Positions 23,741 to 38,205 of a stretch of DNA of 64,000 nt are shown here, piece after piece. A program made the position numbers and the translations under genes. Source of the stretch: Cenococcum geophilum (taxonomy: Eukaryota); contig CP158635.1 of NCBI GenBank assembly GCA_050273025.1, forward strand, positions 22,754,001-22,818,000. Direction: 5' to 3'. A model generated the notes under the pieces. The model saw nothing but the letters and a program-made list of their open reading frames with translations, had not been told where the DNA came from and did not search any database. How positions within the stretch are numbered: the first letter of the stretch is position 1; each line of letters starts with the position of its first letter.

Positions 23741-24309
23741 ATTAGTAAGTCACCCTGTGTGACTAATACTGATCAGTGGTTAAATATATAGTCAACTATA
23801 GAGCAGCTAGGTTTTCGAATAGAAGAGATAGTCTTATATAGGGGTGCTATATGCGCTTATATAGAATAGATCCTAGCAATACTGTACTACCTTAAACTTA
23901 CGGAAAACTAATAATAGAAGTATTACTGAGTACTAGGAGATACTAAGTTGCGTCTATTATATAGAATAATCGCGTTTACGAAGATTTAGTTATACTTTAG
24001 GTTAGAAGTGTTACTAAACCTAGAGTCCTAAGTTAACGTCTAAAACGTGTTAAACGACGTCCAAAACGCGTTAAATAATATCTTAAATTGCCTACCTCTT
24101 GATAGCAAACCTACGAGATCCTATAAAACCGAAAAATCCTACCTACCTTTGACGTACGACACCCCGTCAATTTTATACTTACTATGGCGTTAGCCTACCT
24201 AAAGAAGTATGAGAATGATATTAACCTAGAGATATAGAATAAAGATATTAACCCTATAATTGCTAAGTAATAGGACCTAAACGGATTCCTATTATACTGT
24301 ATAGTATAC

Positions 24310-27300
24310 TATTGGTCACATAGGGTGACTTACCAATAACGGCTACTCGAGTACGTTACAGTGATGTTGGTTAATGAAGCTTATTTAATTAGAATGAGGA
24401 AGGGCGAGGAGCTTAAGACTCCTCGCCACGCTAGTGCCGCGGCGTTATATAACGACCGCTTGCCTTATTCCTGATACTAGCAACTCTTTTTTTATAGTTG
24501 CCACCTATATATAAATACTGCTTAACTAGCGTAGCAAATATTAATCCTCCTTACTTACTATTACTATTATAATATAAGTCTCGCTGTCCTAAAATTTGCC
24601 TCTTAGTATGTAGTGCTTTCTTACTTAGGAGTTGTAGGTAGGTATCGTGTTAGGGCCGCTAAGGCGCTAGTTATAAGCGAGCTAATAGCGATTTTCTATC
24701 CTAGGGATGGAAAATCCTAATTGGCTAGTTAGAATTAGGGTCTGTAGAATATTATACTCCCCCTCTTTAGAAAAGTCTTAGCAAGAGAATCTAACTAATT
24801 AGATAACTTTAACCGCCGGTTAAAGTTCCTAGATATCTTAAGACCTTATATAACTAAAAAATTTCTAGGGACTCCCTTTTAACCTAACCTTTAACTTATA
24901 TATATAGAATATTTGTGTTAATAAACGTCTCTAGTACCTTATTTAGGTTCGCCTTTATTATTACATCTACTAGGTTATCTTAGCTATTAATTTATTAAAT
25001 CTTAAAGAGTTCTTAATGCTTATAGGATTGCTAAAGTACTATAATATTAATTATAAGGCGCTTCTCCTTTATAGTACTAAGCTTAACTAAACACTTATAG
25101 AGGGAATATAAGTTAATGCATACAATTATAGGGATAGCGGGAAGTTTGAGTTAATCTATAATTATCTTTAGGGTAGTTCCAATTATAATTGCTATATTAA
25201 CTCCGCCAACTATTCCGTATATCTCTAACGCTAGGACGCTTTAAGTAACGCGCTTATTTTTAGTTAAGCTCTAATAAATAAAATTGCTATAAATTATAAA
25301 GTTATTCTCTCTAGTAGATTTATCCGTAATAATAATCTTATATTCTAACTAGGAGCTAAAATCCTTATTATTTATGAATAATCTATTAATAAATATAAAG
25401 AGCTTAGCGGTAGGAAGATTAATAGGTACGTAGAGTAGTCCCTAATCGAGATGGTTTATTTACTAGAAAAGACGTTTATTTAAGGTAAGAACGTTATCCT
25501 TAGTTAGTTTCTAGTATTAGGTAGTAATGGAGAGATTAAATAAAGCCTTAAGTTAATAGATAGAAGTAATATAAGCTCTATAAGCGCGTTACTCCACATA
25601 TCCTTGCTTTAGGGAATTAATATTAATAATATTAATCTTCTTATCTTAACCCTTCTGGCGTAAAGCAATAGAATTCTTATTTAGGAAGAGGATACATCTA
25701 TTAAAAAGTAATGGTGTTATTAAATTAAGCTTTTCCTTTAGCTTTACTATAAGATTTACCTTTACTAGCTTATCCTCTTTAAGGGCTAAGAATTGGTCGT
25801 CTCCTAAGATAATTATATTATTAGTTTATATACTAATAATTCTAAATAGGGTTCCTATAGTTATAATAAGGAAGTAAGGATTAAATATAGAAGTAGTTAT
25901 TAAAAGCTTCTCTTTATAGTGCTTACTGTAGGTAGCCCATTAGTAAATTCCTACCTCTGCAATTCTATATAATGGCTTAAGCACAACTATAATTATATCT
26001 TTAGGATACTAGTAGCGAATTTACTCTAAAAGGTATGCTAATATTAAGCGCTAAAGGGGTGTCTCTAATTGGGTATAGGCTTAAGTAATATCTTATAAAT
26101 AAACCGCTATTCTATTCTTTATTAAGAAGGGAGTTAATATAATAATAACTCGCTAACTAGCTTATTAAATTGTGGGAGATTATATAAGGATTATCTCTTT
26201 ACTATTATTGTTATAACCTTAAATAATAAGCCTTAATTTCTTAAATAGGGCGTTAGTAGCTTTGCTTTTAATTTTATTAACTATCCTTAACTTAAAGATA
26301 CAAACTTTATTAAACTTAATAGGGTTATACTTCTTAAATTTAAAGACTCCTCTTATAATAAGACCATCGATCTCTTACTTATTAAATACTTAGAAAGGAG
26401 CTCTAGGAGTTATAATATAATCTTCCTTTTAGAGCTATTTTACGAGCTTAAAGTTAGCCTTCTCCTTAGCTATTATAAAGGCTATTAATAGCTTAACTCT
26501 ATTCTTAATAGCGGCAATAAATTGCTCTTTAAAATTAATAAGATATTAGCGATTTTATAATCCCTTTAAGCGACCTCTACCGCGTTATAGTTGCGGTATA
26601 TCTACTGCAATTAATAATAAATTCAATTTACCGCCCGTCCCGGTCCCCCTAGTGGGTCCACGCAGGCTAATACCTTCTATAGGAAAAACTCTAGTTTAGA
26701 GAAAAACCCGATCGCGGGCCACGCTAGAGAGACGACAGCGTCCCAACATCGGAGCGCCGGCGGCTCACCTTCTTCCTGTCTACAAGTCTGCATATTAAGC
26801 TTACTAGCCGCGCTTCGCGGACAATCTCACTCTACCCCTTCTTCCCTTATCCTTTTGCCATTATTCCTTTTACTAGTCCTTTTACCAGTCCTCTAATCTT
26901 TAGAAGGGCTGGTATCTACTTATATCCTCTGCATCTATTACCTTTATAGCTCGGAACTGGGTTAAGGCACCTAATTGTATTAGCCATTTTGCAGCTGCTT
27001 AGGCGCTTCTTTTATTGTTTAAGACTTCTTAAAGGCGTTCGGAAGCGCATTCTTCTATAAAGTCCGCTTTTTGGTAGCGTGGGCATTAGAACAGTATATA
27101 GTGAACTGTTTGCCTTATCCAGCTATATTCGCACCATAGGAGAATCTCTAGTACTCCAATAGATGCAAGCTATGCATTAAGCCCTATTACCTCTATACGG
27201 AGAAGAAATAGTGCTATAGCCTCTGCCTTTATTAAGTCTTTATATAATGGGATTGTGGGTTTCCCCCATGGGGTCCTCCACGTTGTTTCTGTGCGGTCTT

Positions 27301-30300
27301 TGGCCTTTATCTACTACCGTCGGCGCCATTCCAAGTCTACCCATTTCGCGATGAGGGTGGTTGCCCGCCAGCGGTGCTAGTGACCTCCTGTGCGATGGCG
27401 GCGCTCCGTCTACGCTCTGCCAGCGTTCCGCCGGCTACGCCTAGGGGGGTTCATTGCAGCTTCCTGCTCTACGCGATCCTTCTAGTGTGCGAGGAAGCCC
27501 TATATTTTATTCTTATAGTCCTTTACACGGTCTCTAAGCGCTTCTAATGGTACTATTAGCCGTCTTACATTTCGCCGGCGTTTTATTAGTGTTTTCTAGA
27601 TACCATTAAGTACCTCTGCTGATTCCTTTTCTACCTTATTAGGAGCTGTCTTGGCGGCTCTTTAAAGGGCTGTCGTTTCAATATGGAGCTGGATTAGGGG
27701 AATGGCCGCTTCCTTCTCCATTGCGGCTATTGGTGTTCGCCGGTATGCCCCTGTGATCCTGCGGAGACACTTATTCTGGACCTTCTATAGCGGTTTAAGC
27801 AGGCTTTTCGCCGGCGTTCCGCCGTTGTCCCGCACTCCCCATACTTGAGCGCCATATAGCATCGCTGGTCGGACGGTGGCCGTGTATAGGAGTCGCGAGC
27901 GGCGCATTGATGGGCCCCACGTGGATCTACTGCAATTATATTAAAATTATAGTCGCCTTTTAGAGTATATTAATTATAGCTCTCCTCTAGGGCATTTTCT
28001 ATAGCATCCTATAAAGGCTTAAAACTATTATCTTTATAGTAAGGCTTAATAATAGTTAAACGGAATTAAGTAGGTCTATAAGGTATCTAAATAGTATAAG
28101 TTTAACTATCTATTGCAATAAGTTAATATAGGCCTAACTATCCTCCCTTTTTATGCTATATGCGTACCTTAGACTAGAGTAGTAGATTAAGCGTAGTTAA
28201 GGTATTTAGGCTATTTCTTATTCCTAGTACGTTATTAACCTAGCGTATAGCGTAGAGATATTATATCTCCTTAGTTGCCTTATAAATAGCCTTAGCTTAT
28301 TATATAATAGAGGGAGATAATAGAGAATTATTAGTTATTTAAGGGTAGGCGCTAAAGACTAGTAATATAGGTATAAGTCCATCTAGGTCAGCGGAATTAT
28401 TAATAGCTTTAACAGCTATTTATAAGGTAAGTTCTTCGCTAGCGTCCTCTAGTTTTAAAAAAAATAATTTTATATATACGGTATAATGGCGCGTAATATT
28501 ACTCTACTTTTTTAATACTATTATATGCCTTAATAGGGACTTCCTTAACCTCGATTACTATTGCCTTTATCTATTATTAAAACTCTATAGATAAGAAGCT
28601 CTTTTTTATATTATAGACAATTTAGTTAGGGGGTCCTAGGTAGATATTAATCTAGCATAATTAAAGGGTATCCTATATATTCCTAGCTAATATATCCTTT
28701 AAAAATTATGCGGCTTAAAAGGAGGTTAAGAAGTTAATAATTTAGAGTACTAGCTTGCCGCTAAGATATATAACGTTAATAATAATATAAAAGTTAAAGT
28801 TATAGTTATCTTTAAGGCTAAACTTAAATTAGCTAGAAGACTTCTAGTTTATTTAGTAGTAATAGTAGTACTTTATAAAATACTTAATTGCCTTAACCTT
28901 AACTTTATGGCCTACTTACTAAAGGACCCTAAGTAGTTAGTAAATAAATAGGTAGATAAAGCAATAGTGTAGTTAACGTAACTTTAACTTAGTTAAGTAG
29001 CTTTAAGTAATACTCTTTTCTAGTTAATAAAGGAGCAACTAGGGGTAACCCTACTTGCGCATAATAGGTACCTAATTATCTCCCTAAACGAGTATATTCT
29101 TAAGGTTATTAAGCTTAATACCTAATTTATCTATATCTTTAATATAAAATAGAAACGGGGTATTTATGGGAATAATATAGAAATTAATATACCCTAAGGG
29201 GGTTTAGACCCTAATTATGCTAAAAGAGATTATAGTACCCTTACTAAAACAAATTGTATATTGGCCTACTATTAAATAGTTAATCTAAATAGAGCTATTA
29301 AGCTGCTAAAGGGCTTAAACTTAAGGTTTTCTTATTATAAATACTCCTGCGGCTCTAGTGTCTAGTATAATACTATAGAAGACGTTTACTAAGTATTTAT
29401 TATTAAAGGAGAACGTAAAACTCTCCTATAGCTTATTAAAGATATCTAACTTTATAATAGAGTGGAGCGTAAATTAGTTATTAAAAATAGTAACGGTTTA
29501 TATGCTATCTACCTTACTATACTTAGTAAAGTATTAGTTCGGTAAGTAGTCCTTAATTTCTATATCTATAAGAAGCTATTCGGCCTTATTAACCTTACCC
29601 TTAAGATCTTTTACGCCTTTATATTAAACTAGGAAGCTTTAAAAGTAGGCTATAATAGCCTTATAATTTCCAACGTTTCTTATACTTTAGTAAAACTTAT
29701 TATATACCTCCTTTTATTTATTAAGAGAATGCCTAGTTAACTAGTAATTTAGTTTCTTATAAATATAGTACTTTTTTTAGTAATTACTTTAAAATAAACC
29801 TCTATAAGGACCTCTACCTTTACCTTATAGTTATTAATTATACCCTCTACCGTATTACCTACTACGGCTACTATATATTTAATTAGTCTAGTTATAATTA
29901 TATTAGTTAGGCGGGTTAATTAAAGTAAGTTAAAATTAGGCGTTAAATTATTATACTTTTTAAAAGCGTAGAGCGGTACTAATAAAAGATCTTAATTAAG
30001 TATATACTTCTTTATAAGTATTTATAGGATTAAAAAAAGTAAGGTTATATTCTTTAACACCTTAGTATACGCTAATAACTTAATTATATAGGCTAAAATC
30101 CTCTTAATATAATTTAGATAAACCGCGCTAAATTATCTAAAGTTAATTAAAAAGTTTTTAAAGATAATTAAGCCAGGGGATACCTAGGTTTATAGCAATA
30201 ATCCTTAAAAAAGTAGTTTCTCTCTATTCTAATATATACTACTACTTATTCTCTTCTATTTTAAAATAGTATCTTAACTTATATATTATACGGTTAAAAT

Positions 30301-31650
30301 TATATTCTTTTCCTACTAAATAATTATAATAGAAGGTACTAGCTTAGCCCTTAAGCATAACGGAATAGGCGTTATAGTATTAATTAGACTTTATTTCTAC
30401 CTTTTAGTAATAGTTATAGAAGATATATAGTTTTAAATTAAGAATATTATATAATTCCCCACTAAACTTCTTCTTTTAATTTAAATAGAGCTTTATAAGC
30501 TCTATAAGTAATTTTAAACTACCTTTAATTTAAGATTAAGATAAAGGAGGTAAGAGTTATATTATAGGCTGTAGTAAGGATATAGGTCTAATCGGTGGAG
30601 TCTAAAGGTCGTTAAGTTGCGAAGTAATAGGATCCTATGCCTGCTCTTATTGGGGTATAGTATCTAATATTAAGGTTATAGGCTAAATTAGATATAGAGG
30701 AGTTAAAGGCAGAAGTAGATTCGTCTCTATAGGTATATTACTTAGATTCTATTATAAGTTAAGCTTCCTTATAGTGCGTAGTTAGTGCTTAATCTCTTAT
30801 TAAGTCTATTCGTGCTCTTTTTTTACGTTAATAACCTACTCCTAAATATTGTCTCTAATAGTACCCCCGTCTATTAGTATAAATACTTTATACTTCCGTA
30901 AGAAGTTACGGAAGTCTTATATAATATCCTTCTTTATAGGAGTCTATATTCCCTTTATCTATTTAATAAAGTCCTTCCTTACATAGTACTATAGCATAGT
31001 ATTATTGTACTTACTATCTTTATAGTATGCTATGCGGTATAATAGGAATCCGTTTAAGTCTTGCTAATTAATATCTTTAAGGTTAGTTATATCGGTGTTC
31101 TATATCTCTAGGTTAATGTCTTTTTTATACTTCTTTAGGTAGGTTAACGCTATAATAGAATCTGCGAAGGTACACAGAGGGTATTAAGGTAGTTATTTAA
31201 CGCGTTTTAGACGTTAACTTAGGACCTTAGGTTTAGTAATACTTCTGACCTAAAGTACTTAACCAAATCTTTGTAAACGCGGTTGTTCTATATAATAGAC
31301 GCAACTTAGTATCTCCTAGTACTTAGTGACACTTCTATTACTAGTTTTCCGTAAATCTAAGGTAGTATAGTATCGCTGGGATCTATTCCATATAAGCGTA
31401 TATAGCGCCCCTATATAAGACTGTCTCTTCTATTTAAAAACCTAGCTGCTCTATAGTTAACTATATATTCAACCACTGATTAGTATTAGTTACATAGGGT
31501 AACTCACTAATAACAACTACTCGAGTAGGTTACAGTGATATTAGTTAATAAAGCTTATTTAATTGGAATAAGGAAGGGCGAGGAGCTTAAGACTCCTCGC
31601 TACGCTAGTGCCGCGGCGTTATATAACGACCGCTTACCTTATTCCCAATA
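24310..31650 (-). mobile_element. GalEa-like Copia retrotransposon, full length, inserted antisense into a same-family copy
   Basis: LTRs 24310-24476 and 31484-31650; 5-bp TSD TATAC (24305-24309 / 31651-31655); internal sequence is the reverse-complement homolog of the host Copia. Confidence 0.92.
26614..27924 (-). mobile_element. 5'-truncated Tad1-like LINE, family B (lightly RIPed)
   Basis: 14-bp TSD ATCTACTGCAATTA (26600-26613 / 27925-27938); TTA tail; STWGPSMRRSRLLYTATVRPAMLYGAQVW and a C-terminal QTVH....CP knuckle. Confidence 0.88.
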
Positions 31651-34600
31651 TATACTATAAAGATAGCGAATATAATAATACTATGCTATAGTACTATATA
31701 AAGGAGGACTTTATTAAATAGATAAAGGAAATATAGGTTTCTATAAATAAAGATATTATATAAAACTTCTATAACTTCCTTTAGGAGTATAAAGTATTTG
31801 TCTCTATAAATAGGGAAGTTATTAGAAATAATATTTAGAAGTATATTATTAATGTAAAAGAAGAGCATAAATAAACTCTATAAGAGATTAAGCACCAACT
31901 ACGCACTATAAGGAAGCTTAACTTATAATAAAATTTAAGTAATATACCTCTAGAGATAAATCTACCTCTGCCCTTAACTTCTCTGTATCTAATTTAACCT
32001 ATAGCTTTAACGTCAGATACTATACCCTAATAAGAGTAGGTATAGAATTCTATTACTCCATAGTTTAATAACCTTTAAACTCTACCGATTAGACCTACGT
32101 CCCTACTATAGCCTATAATGTAACTCCTACCTCCTCTATTTTAATCTTAAATTAGAGGTAGTTTAAAATTGCTTATAGAGCTTACGAAGCTCTATTTAGA
32201 TTAGGAGAAGAAGTTTAGGAGGGAACTATATAATGTCCTTAATTCAAAACTATATATCTTTTATAACTGTTACTAGAAAGTAGGAATAGAGTCTAATTAA
32301 TACTATAATACCTATTCCGTTATACTTAAGGGCTAAGCTAATACCTTCTATTATAACTATTTAGTAGGAAAAGGATATAATTTTAACTGTATAATATATA
32401 AGTTAAGATACAAGTGACAAAACTGGAGCTCTTGCTGCACCCGGCCCAAAAAAGACCAAAACCAACTAAAAGAACCCTGAAAAAAACACCTAGAGAATCC
32501 CCCTAAGATGCACGCATTGTAGGGGAGGCACACGTTAAACGACGGTGGTTTACACTTGCGCGCGTCCACCAGAACCACGCCTAGTAATGGCCCTCTATAA
32601 TAAGAACGGGCGAATACCACACTATAAAGCGGAAAGACCTCTATTAAGAAGGCATCTGACAAAATATAAAGCCTATTGGACGCGTCTAGTATCCGTAGTT
32701 GTGGGGGAGCAACCGTTAGCTATAACGAACTAATATAGCTAGTAGAATGGCTTCGTTAGTCTAGCGAACCTTAGGCGCCCCTCTAGCAAACCATTAATTA
32801 AACCCTCTAATAGCTAAGTAAAATTAAAAATAAATAAAACCCTTTCTTACCGGCGAACCGTACCTAGGCCGCCATAGCTATGCTTTTATAATATAGGGAA
32901 CCTACCCCCCTAAAGACAATATCTGGGTATATAATTATAATATAACTAAATATAGAAAAAGTAGAGGGGCTTAGGGGATAATTAGAAACAGAAGTCCTTA
33001 TAAAGATTTATAAAAAGGTCCACAACGCTATTACAGTCTAACACCTTAGGAGTAGAGATATTAGAGTCACCCTAAGGGACTAATAGGCAAAGGAATAAGC
33101 CGTAAGGGTAGGGGACAGGCTAGAAGAACGTATTGGCATAAAAGTACTCCGCGAAGATTACCTAGTTAAAGTCTTAGCGGTTCCCCTAAGCCTTAGGGTA
33201 GAAAAGGGACGCCAGGTGGATAATATAGTAACTATATATAAAATAGTAAAACAAACGGAACGCCTTATACTAGGACTTGAGATTACCCGAATTTAATGGC
33301 TATAATAGGAAAATATAAATTAAGTATATAATAAGAATAATAAAAGAATATAAGGGTCGCCAGAGACTTGCTAGGGAGGCGCTAGTTAAACACATGGCTC
33401 CCTTATTATTAGTATATATACACTAGAAATGCAAAAACTCCTTATCCAAAAAGGTATTATTATAAATGGCCTTATATACAATATAAGGCTCTATAACTAC
33501 AGACTCCGCCTAAAATAATGCTATTGCTGCATATAATAGGGATATACCTAATCCACATGCGTAGTATAGGTGTGCTGCGGCCACTATACAGGCCCCTACA
33601 ATATAAGATATTGCTTAAATTAAAACTAAATAAAATGTGTAAACTGCCACCAAAGCATATATAAGGCGTAGAAGAGAGAAGACTGCATTAAATACAAAAG
33701 ATGGAAGGTAAGGGCTTAACAGCTACGGGAATAACTACATGCTAGGTTATACGAATAGAAACAATAGGCGATAAGCTAGGGGGGCGCAGGTGCCTTTCTA
33801 GCGTTTCCTACCTTTAATACTAGGGGGCTAGGCTAGCTATCCTAAGCCTTAACAGGCTAGAAGCGACGCCGCGCGATATTACTAGACCATATAGGGATAT
33901 AAGGGTTACAGGGAATATAAGGGAGAGGATACCTTATAGGAAGACCCTTATAGACAGCTACAGCAAGCTTAAAACTAGGATAATTAAGAATTAGACTTAA
34001 CGCAGCAAATATAACATTCGTAGCTAACTCTTAAAGGGTATATAGCTAACTAGTAAAAATAGGGGAAGAACTAAAGATAATAACAGATTTAAATATAGAA
34101 GCGCTAGTAGGAACACAAGATACGGGAATAGAAAGCTCTATACAAAATAAGTAGTAACTAAGGTGTAGATATAAGAGACAGAAGTTCTAAATATCTTAAA
34201 GAAAGTAAAAATAGAAGAAGCAAGGAATAAAGGAGAGGCGAAGGACCCTCGCTAGGGGTCCGCTACCTATCTATTATATAGTATAACTGCGGTAATACAA
34301 ACTACTGTCTCGTAAGGCCCTTACTAGACAGCCTAGACCTAAAGAAATACTATATCCTTGCTATATAAGAGCTGTATTATAATGCCTATATATAATTAAT
34401 ATACTACCCCTAAGGATTCTAGCTCCTATATAAACTAAAAGCAGCTATATACGTATACTTTATAATTAGCAAGGCTATTAGCCTATCCTCGTAGTTATAG
34501 CAGGCAGTTAACCTAAATATTATAGTAATAACAATCTAGACATATAGGGGACCGGTATAGATTATTAATGTGTATAACTCTAGGGTTAAAGGGGTCCTAT

Positions 34601-36779
34601 AAACAGAGAATATTATATTAGTAATAAGCTTACTAGAAACTAAAGGCACAGAGTTTATCCTATTAGGAGACATAAACCTCCACTACCTATAGTAGGGGGG
34701 TATCTATATTGCTGCTAAATAATAAGTAGAGTGCCTACTAAGAGCTATAAACACCGGGGGCCTTAAGCTGGCCACCCCCCTAAGAGCAATTATATAGTAA
34801 TAAGGCACCACTAAAAGCATAATTAACCTTACATTTATAGACGAAGGCCTATACTAGAGACTTAAAAGGTATAAACCTAAAGAAGAATAGGCACTTGCCT
34901 TAGACCATATCCCTATCCAAATACAGCTAGATCTGGATATTAAGGCGTAACTAAATAGCAAAAGATATGTAATAAGAAAGCTTAAGACAGATAGCTTCCT
35001 TAACACAGTTAAACAATAACTTTAAGACCTAGAAGAAATCCACCTAATACTAAACAAGCGAGGCTTATTAGCTACCCCTAAGGAAATTAACCGAAGACTA
35101 GAAAGGATCTAGGCAGTAATTAAAAATAGGCTAGAAGAGCACTACCCGGTCTTAAAACCGGGCCCCTATACGCAATACGCATGGTCCGCATAATGCGCAA
35201 TTCTTATTACTAGCTAATAATAAGTAAGAAGAAAATATATAAGTAGCTATAATCCTAAAGACGAGAGATAATATAAAGACATAAGAAACCAGCTAAAGAA
35301 TACCCTAAAAAAAGAAGTAAGGAATAGCTGGAGACGGTTTATAAATAAGCATATTACTAACCCAAGCCTCCCCTATAATAAAGGTCTTTAGAGGATAATA
35401 AAATAGGTAAAGAAAAAGGCGGGACGTTTAGTAGAAGACCTACACCTTCCGCCCCTGCAAAGACTAGGTAAATTACTGGCTATAAGCAACAATAATAAGA
35501 AGGCAAAGATCCTTATAGAAAGATTTTTCCCTTAACCAGCTTTAGTAGACCTTAGTAATATTACGGGTAAAGCACTAGTAACTCGCCTAAGGGTTAACAG
35601 TAATATAATAACCGAAGAAATAGCTAGAACTATTAGCCGCCTTTTAAATAATATAGCACTAGGACCAGATAGGATCCTAAATAAAGCCCTAAAGACCTAC
35701 GGACCACTAATAGCACCTTAGCTTACGGATATAGCTAGAGTATACTTTATAATAGGCTACTACCCAAGACTTAGAAGAGCTATAACAACGTTTATTCTAC
35801 GTAAAGAAGGTAAAGCAGACTACTTACTCCTAGGAAGCTACCGCCCTATTACCTTAGAGAATACCCTTAATAAGATCTTAGAAAGGGTAATAGCGGACTA
35901 TATAACAGATACGGCTAAGGAATACGCCCTACTACTATAAAGCTAAATAGGGGTAAGAAAGAACCGCTTAACACTATTAGTACTTACGCTACTCGCTACC
36001 ACTATTAAATCTACATAGGCGATGCGAAGGGACTTTATAGTATTAATGCTCAGCCTACATCGGCAAAATATGGTACCCTTTCAATGGCTCAATAGTTGGT
36101 GGTTGACGCAATTGGCGCGCAGTTAAGGTCATTTGGCAACTCGACCGACTAGCCTATGTCGTGTTTTTTTGACACGCAGCCTACGCGCAGCCTGCGCGCA
36201 ACCTGCTAGTAATCTGCGCATTTGGCAACCATAATTATATTTACCTCTTTTATACTAATAGCATATTTTAAATAAATAAAAGCTATTTTAAAGCTATTTA
36301 TAAGGCTAGCAAAATAAATAATATTATTTTAGATAATTTAATATAATATAGCGATGGTTCTCTTCTACCTATCTACCTATTAACTTACCTACCTGCCTAT
36401 TTACCTACCTGCCTGCATTGCCTACCTATCTGCATTGCCTACCTATCTGTATTGCCTACCTGTCTATATTACCTACCTGTCTGCATTGCCTACCTACCTA
36501 CATTGCCTACCTATCTGCATTGCCTACCTATCTGCATCGCCTACCTGTCTACATCGCCTACCTATTTATATCTGCCTACCTATCTATATCTACCTACCCG
36601 TCAGCATCTACCTACCTGTCTGCATCTGCTTACCTATTTACATCTGCTTACCTGTCTGTATTTACCTACCTGTCTGCATCTGCCTACCTATTAGTATTTC
36701 CCTATTTATACCTACCTGTCTGTGCTACCTTAATTCGATTAATTAATTAAATCGTTTATAGTGTTTACTAGCTAGTCGT

Positions 36780-37203
36780 TATTGTCTGGTTCTGGCGACG
36801 GTTGTCTGGTTTTAGCGACGGTTGTCTAGTTCTGGTAACGGTCGTCTGGCTCTGGTAACGGTCGTCTGGCTCTGGTAACGGTTATCTGGTTCTGGCGACG
36901 GTCGTCTAGTTCTAGCGACGGTCGTCTGGTTCTGGCGACGGTCGTCTGGTTCTGGCGACGGTTGTCTGGCTCTGGCGACGGTTGTCTGGTTTTGGCGACA
37001 GTCGTCTGACTCTGGAGACGGTCGTCTGGCTCTGGCGACGGTCGTCTGGTTCTGGTAACGGTCGTCTGGTTCTAGCGACGGTCGTCTGGTTCTAGCGACA
37101 GTTGTCTGGCTCTGGCGATAGTCGTCTAGCTCTAACGACGATTGTCTAGTTCTGGCGACGGTTGTTTGGTTCTAGCGATAGTTATCTAGTTCTAGCAACG
37201 GTC
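36780..37203. repeat. 20-bp tandem array (GGTCGTCTGGTTCTGGCGAC), about 21 units
   Basis: Directly visible period of 20. Confidence 0.95.
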
Positions 37204-37334
37204 CTCTGCTGGCTGCCGTTCTAGTGCCTCCCTAGGTAGGGAGGATGTAAGGAGGGAAGGAAGGGTAAAAAATAAGGCGGCTATATAGGCAGAGACACGT
37301 GTAGACGCTATTGGGAATATAGCGGGGACCCGAT

Positions 37335-37905
37335 GCAGAGCTTTGTGTAGAGCCTCCGTACGTAGAGCTTCGCGCAGAGCCTTGTGCAGAGCCTCTGTAC
37401 GTAGAGCTTCGTATAGAGCTTTGTGTAGAGCTTCGTGTAGAGCCTCCGTATGTAGAGCTTCGCGCAGAGCCTCGTGCAGAGCTTCGTGTAGAGCCTCCGT
37501 ACGCAGAGCTTCGCGTAGAGCCTCGTGTAGAGCCTCGTGCAGAGCTTCGTGCAGAGCCTCCGTACGCAGAGCCTCGCGTAGAGCCTCGTGCAGAGCCTCT
37601 ACGTAGAGCTTTGTGCAGAGCCTCTACGTAGAGCTTTGTGCAGAGCCTCTACGTAGAGCTTTGTGCAGAGCCTCCGTACGCAGAGCCTCGCGCAGAGCCT
37701 CGTGCAGAGCCTCTACGTAGAGCTTCATGCAGAGCCTCCGTATGCAGAGCCTCGCGCAGAGCTTCGTGCAGAGCCTCTACGTAGAGCTTCGTGCAGAGCC
37801 TCCGTACGCAGAGCTTCGCGCAGAGCCTTGTGCAGAGCCTCTGTACGTAGAGCTTCGTGTAGAGCTTCGTGTAGAGCCTTGTGTAGAGCTTTGTGCAGAG
37901 CCTCT
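37335..37905. repeat. 12-bp tandem array (GTGCAGAGCCTC-type)
   Basis: Reverse complement of the array at 1-600. Confidence 0.95.
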
Positions 37906-37964
37906 AAGTAATAAGACTATGTAAGATTATATAAGATTGCGTAATTGGCATATAACTTTACCTT

Positions 37965-38205
37965 AATTGCATGTCAAGGAATATATAGTTAGCTTTTAAA
38001 GTTATTAAATAGGTTAACTGCGTGTCAAGGAATATGCAGTTAGCTTTTAAAGTTATTAAGTTAGTTAAATTGCATGTCAAGTTGGTCAATTGCGTATTAA
38101 GTTGGTTAAATTGCATGTCAAGTTGGTCAATTGCGTATTAAGTTGGTTAAATTGCATGTCAAGTTGGTCAATTGCGTGTCAAGTTGGTCAAATTGCATGT
38201 CAATT
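37965..38205. repeat. 20-21-bp subterminal repeats (AAGTTGGTYAAATTGCRTGTC)
   Basis: Tandem copies next to the right TIR. Confidence 0.85.

Noticed and set aside
23741..23768. 28-bp mini-LTR used as an alternative integrase end
   Set aside because: The LTR tail has inverted ends, but the first base does not fit and no matching TSD was found; deletion is simpler.
32412..32600. Ribozyme at the 5' end of the autonomous LINE
   Set aside because: No P1/P2/P3 pairing pattern found by eye.
36780..37203. CRISPR-like array
   Set aside because: Contiguous 20-bp units with no unique spacers, in a fungal TE context.
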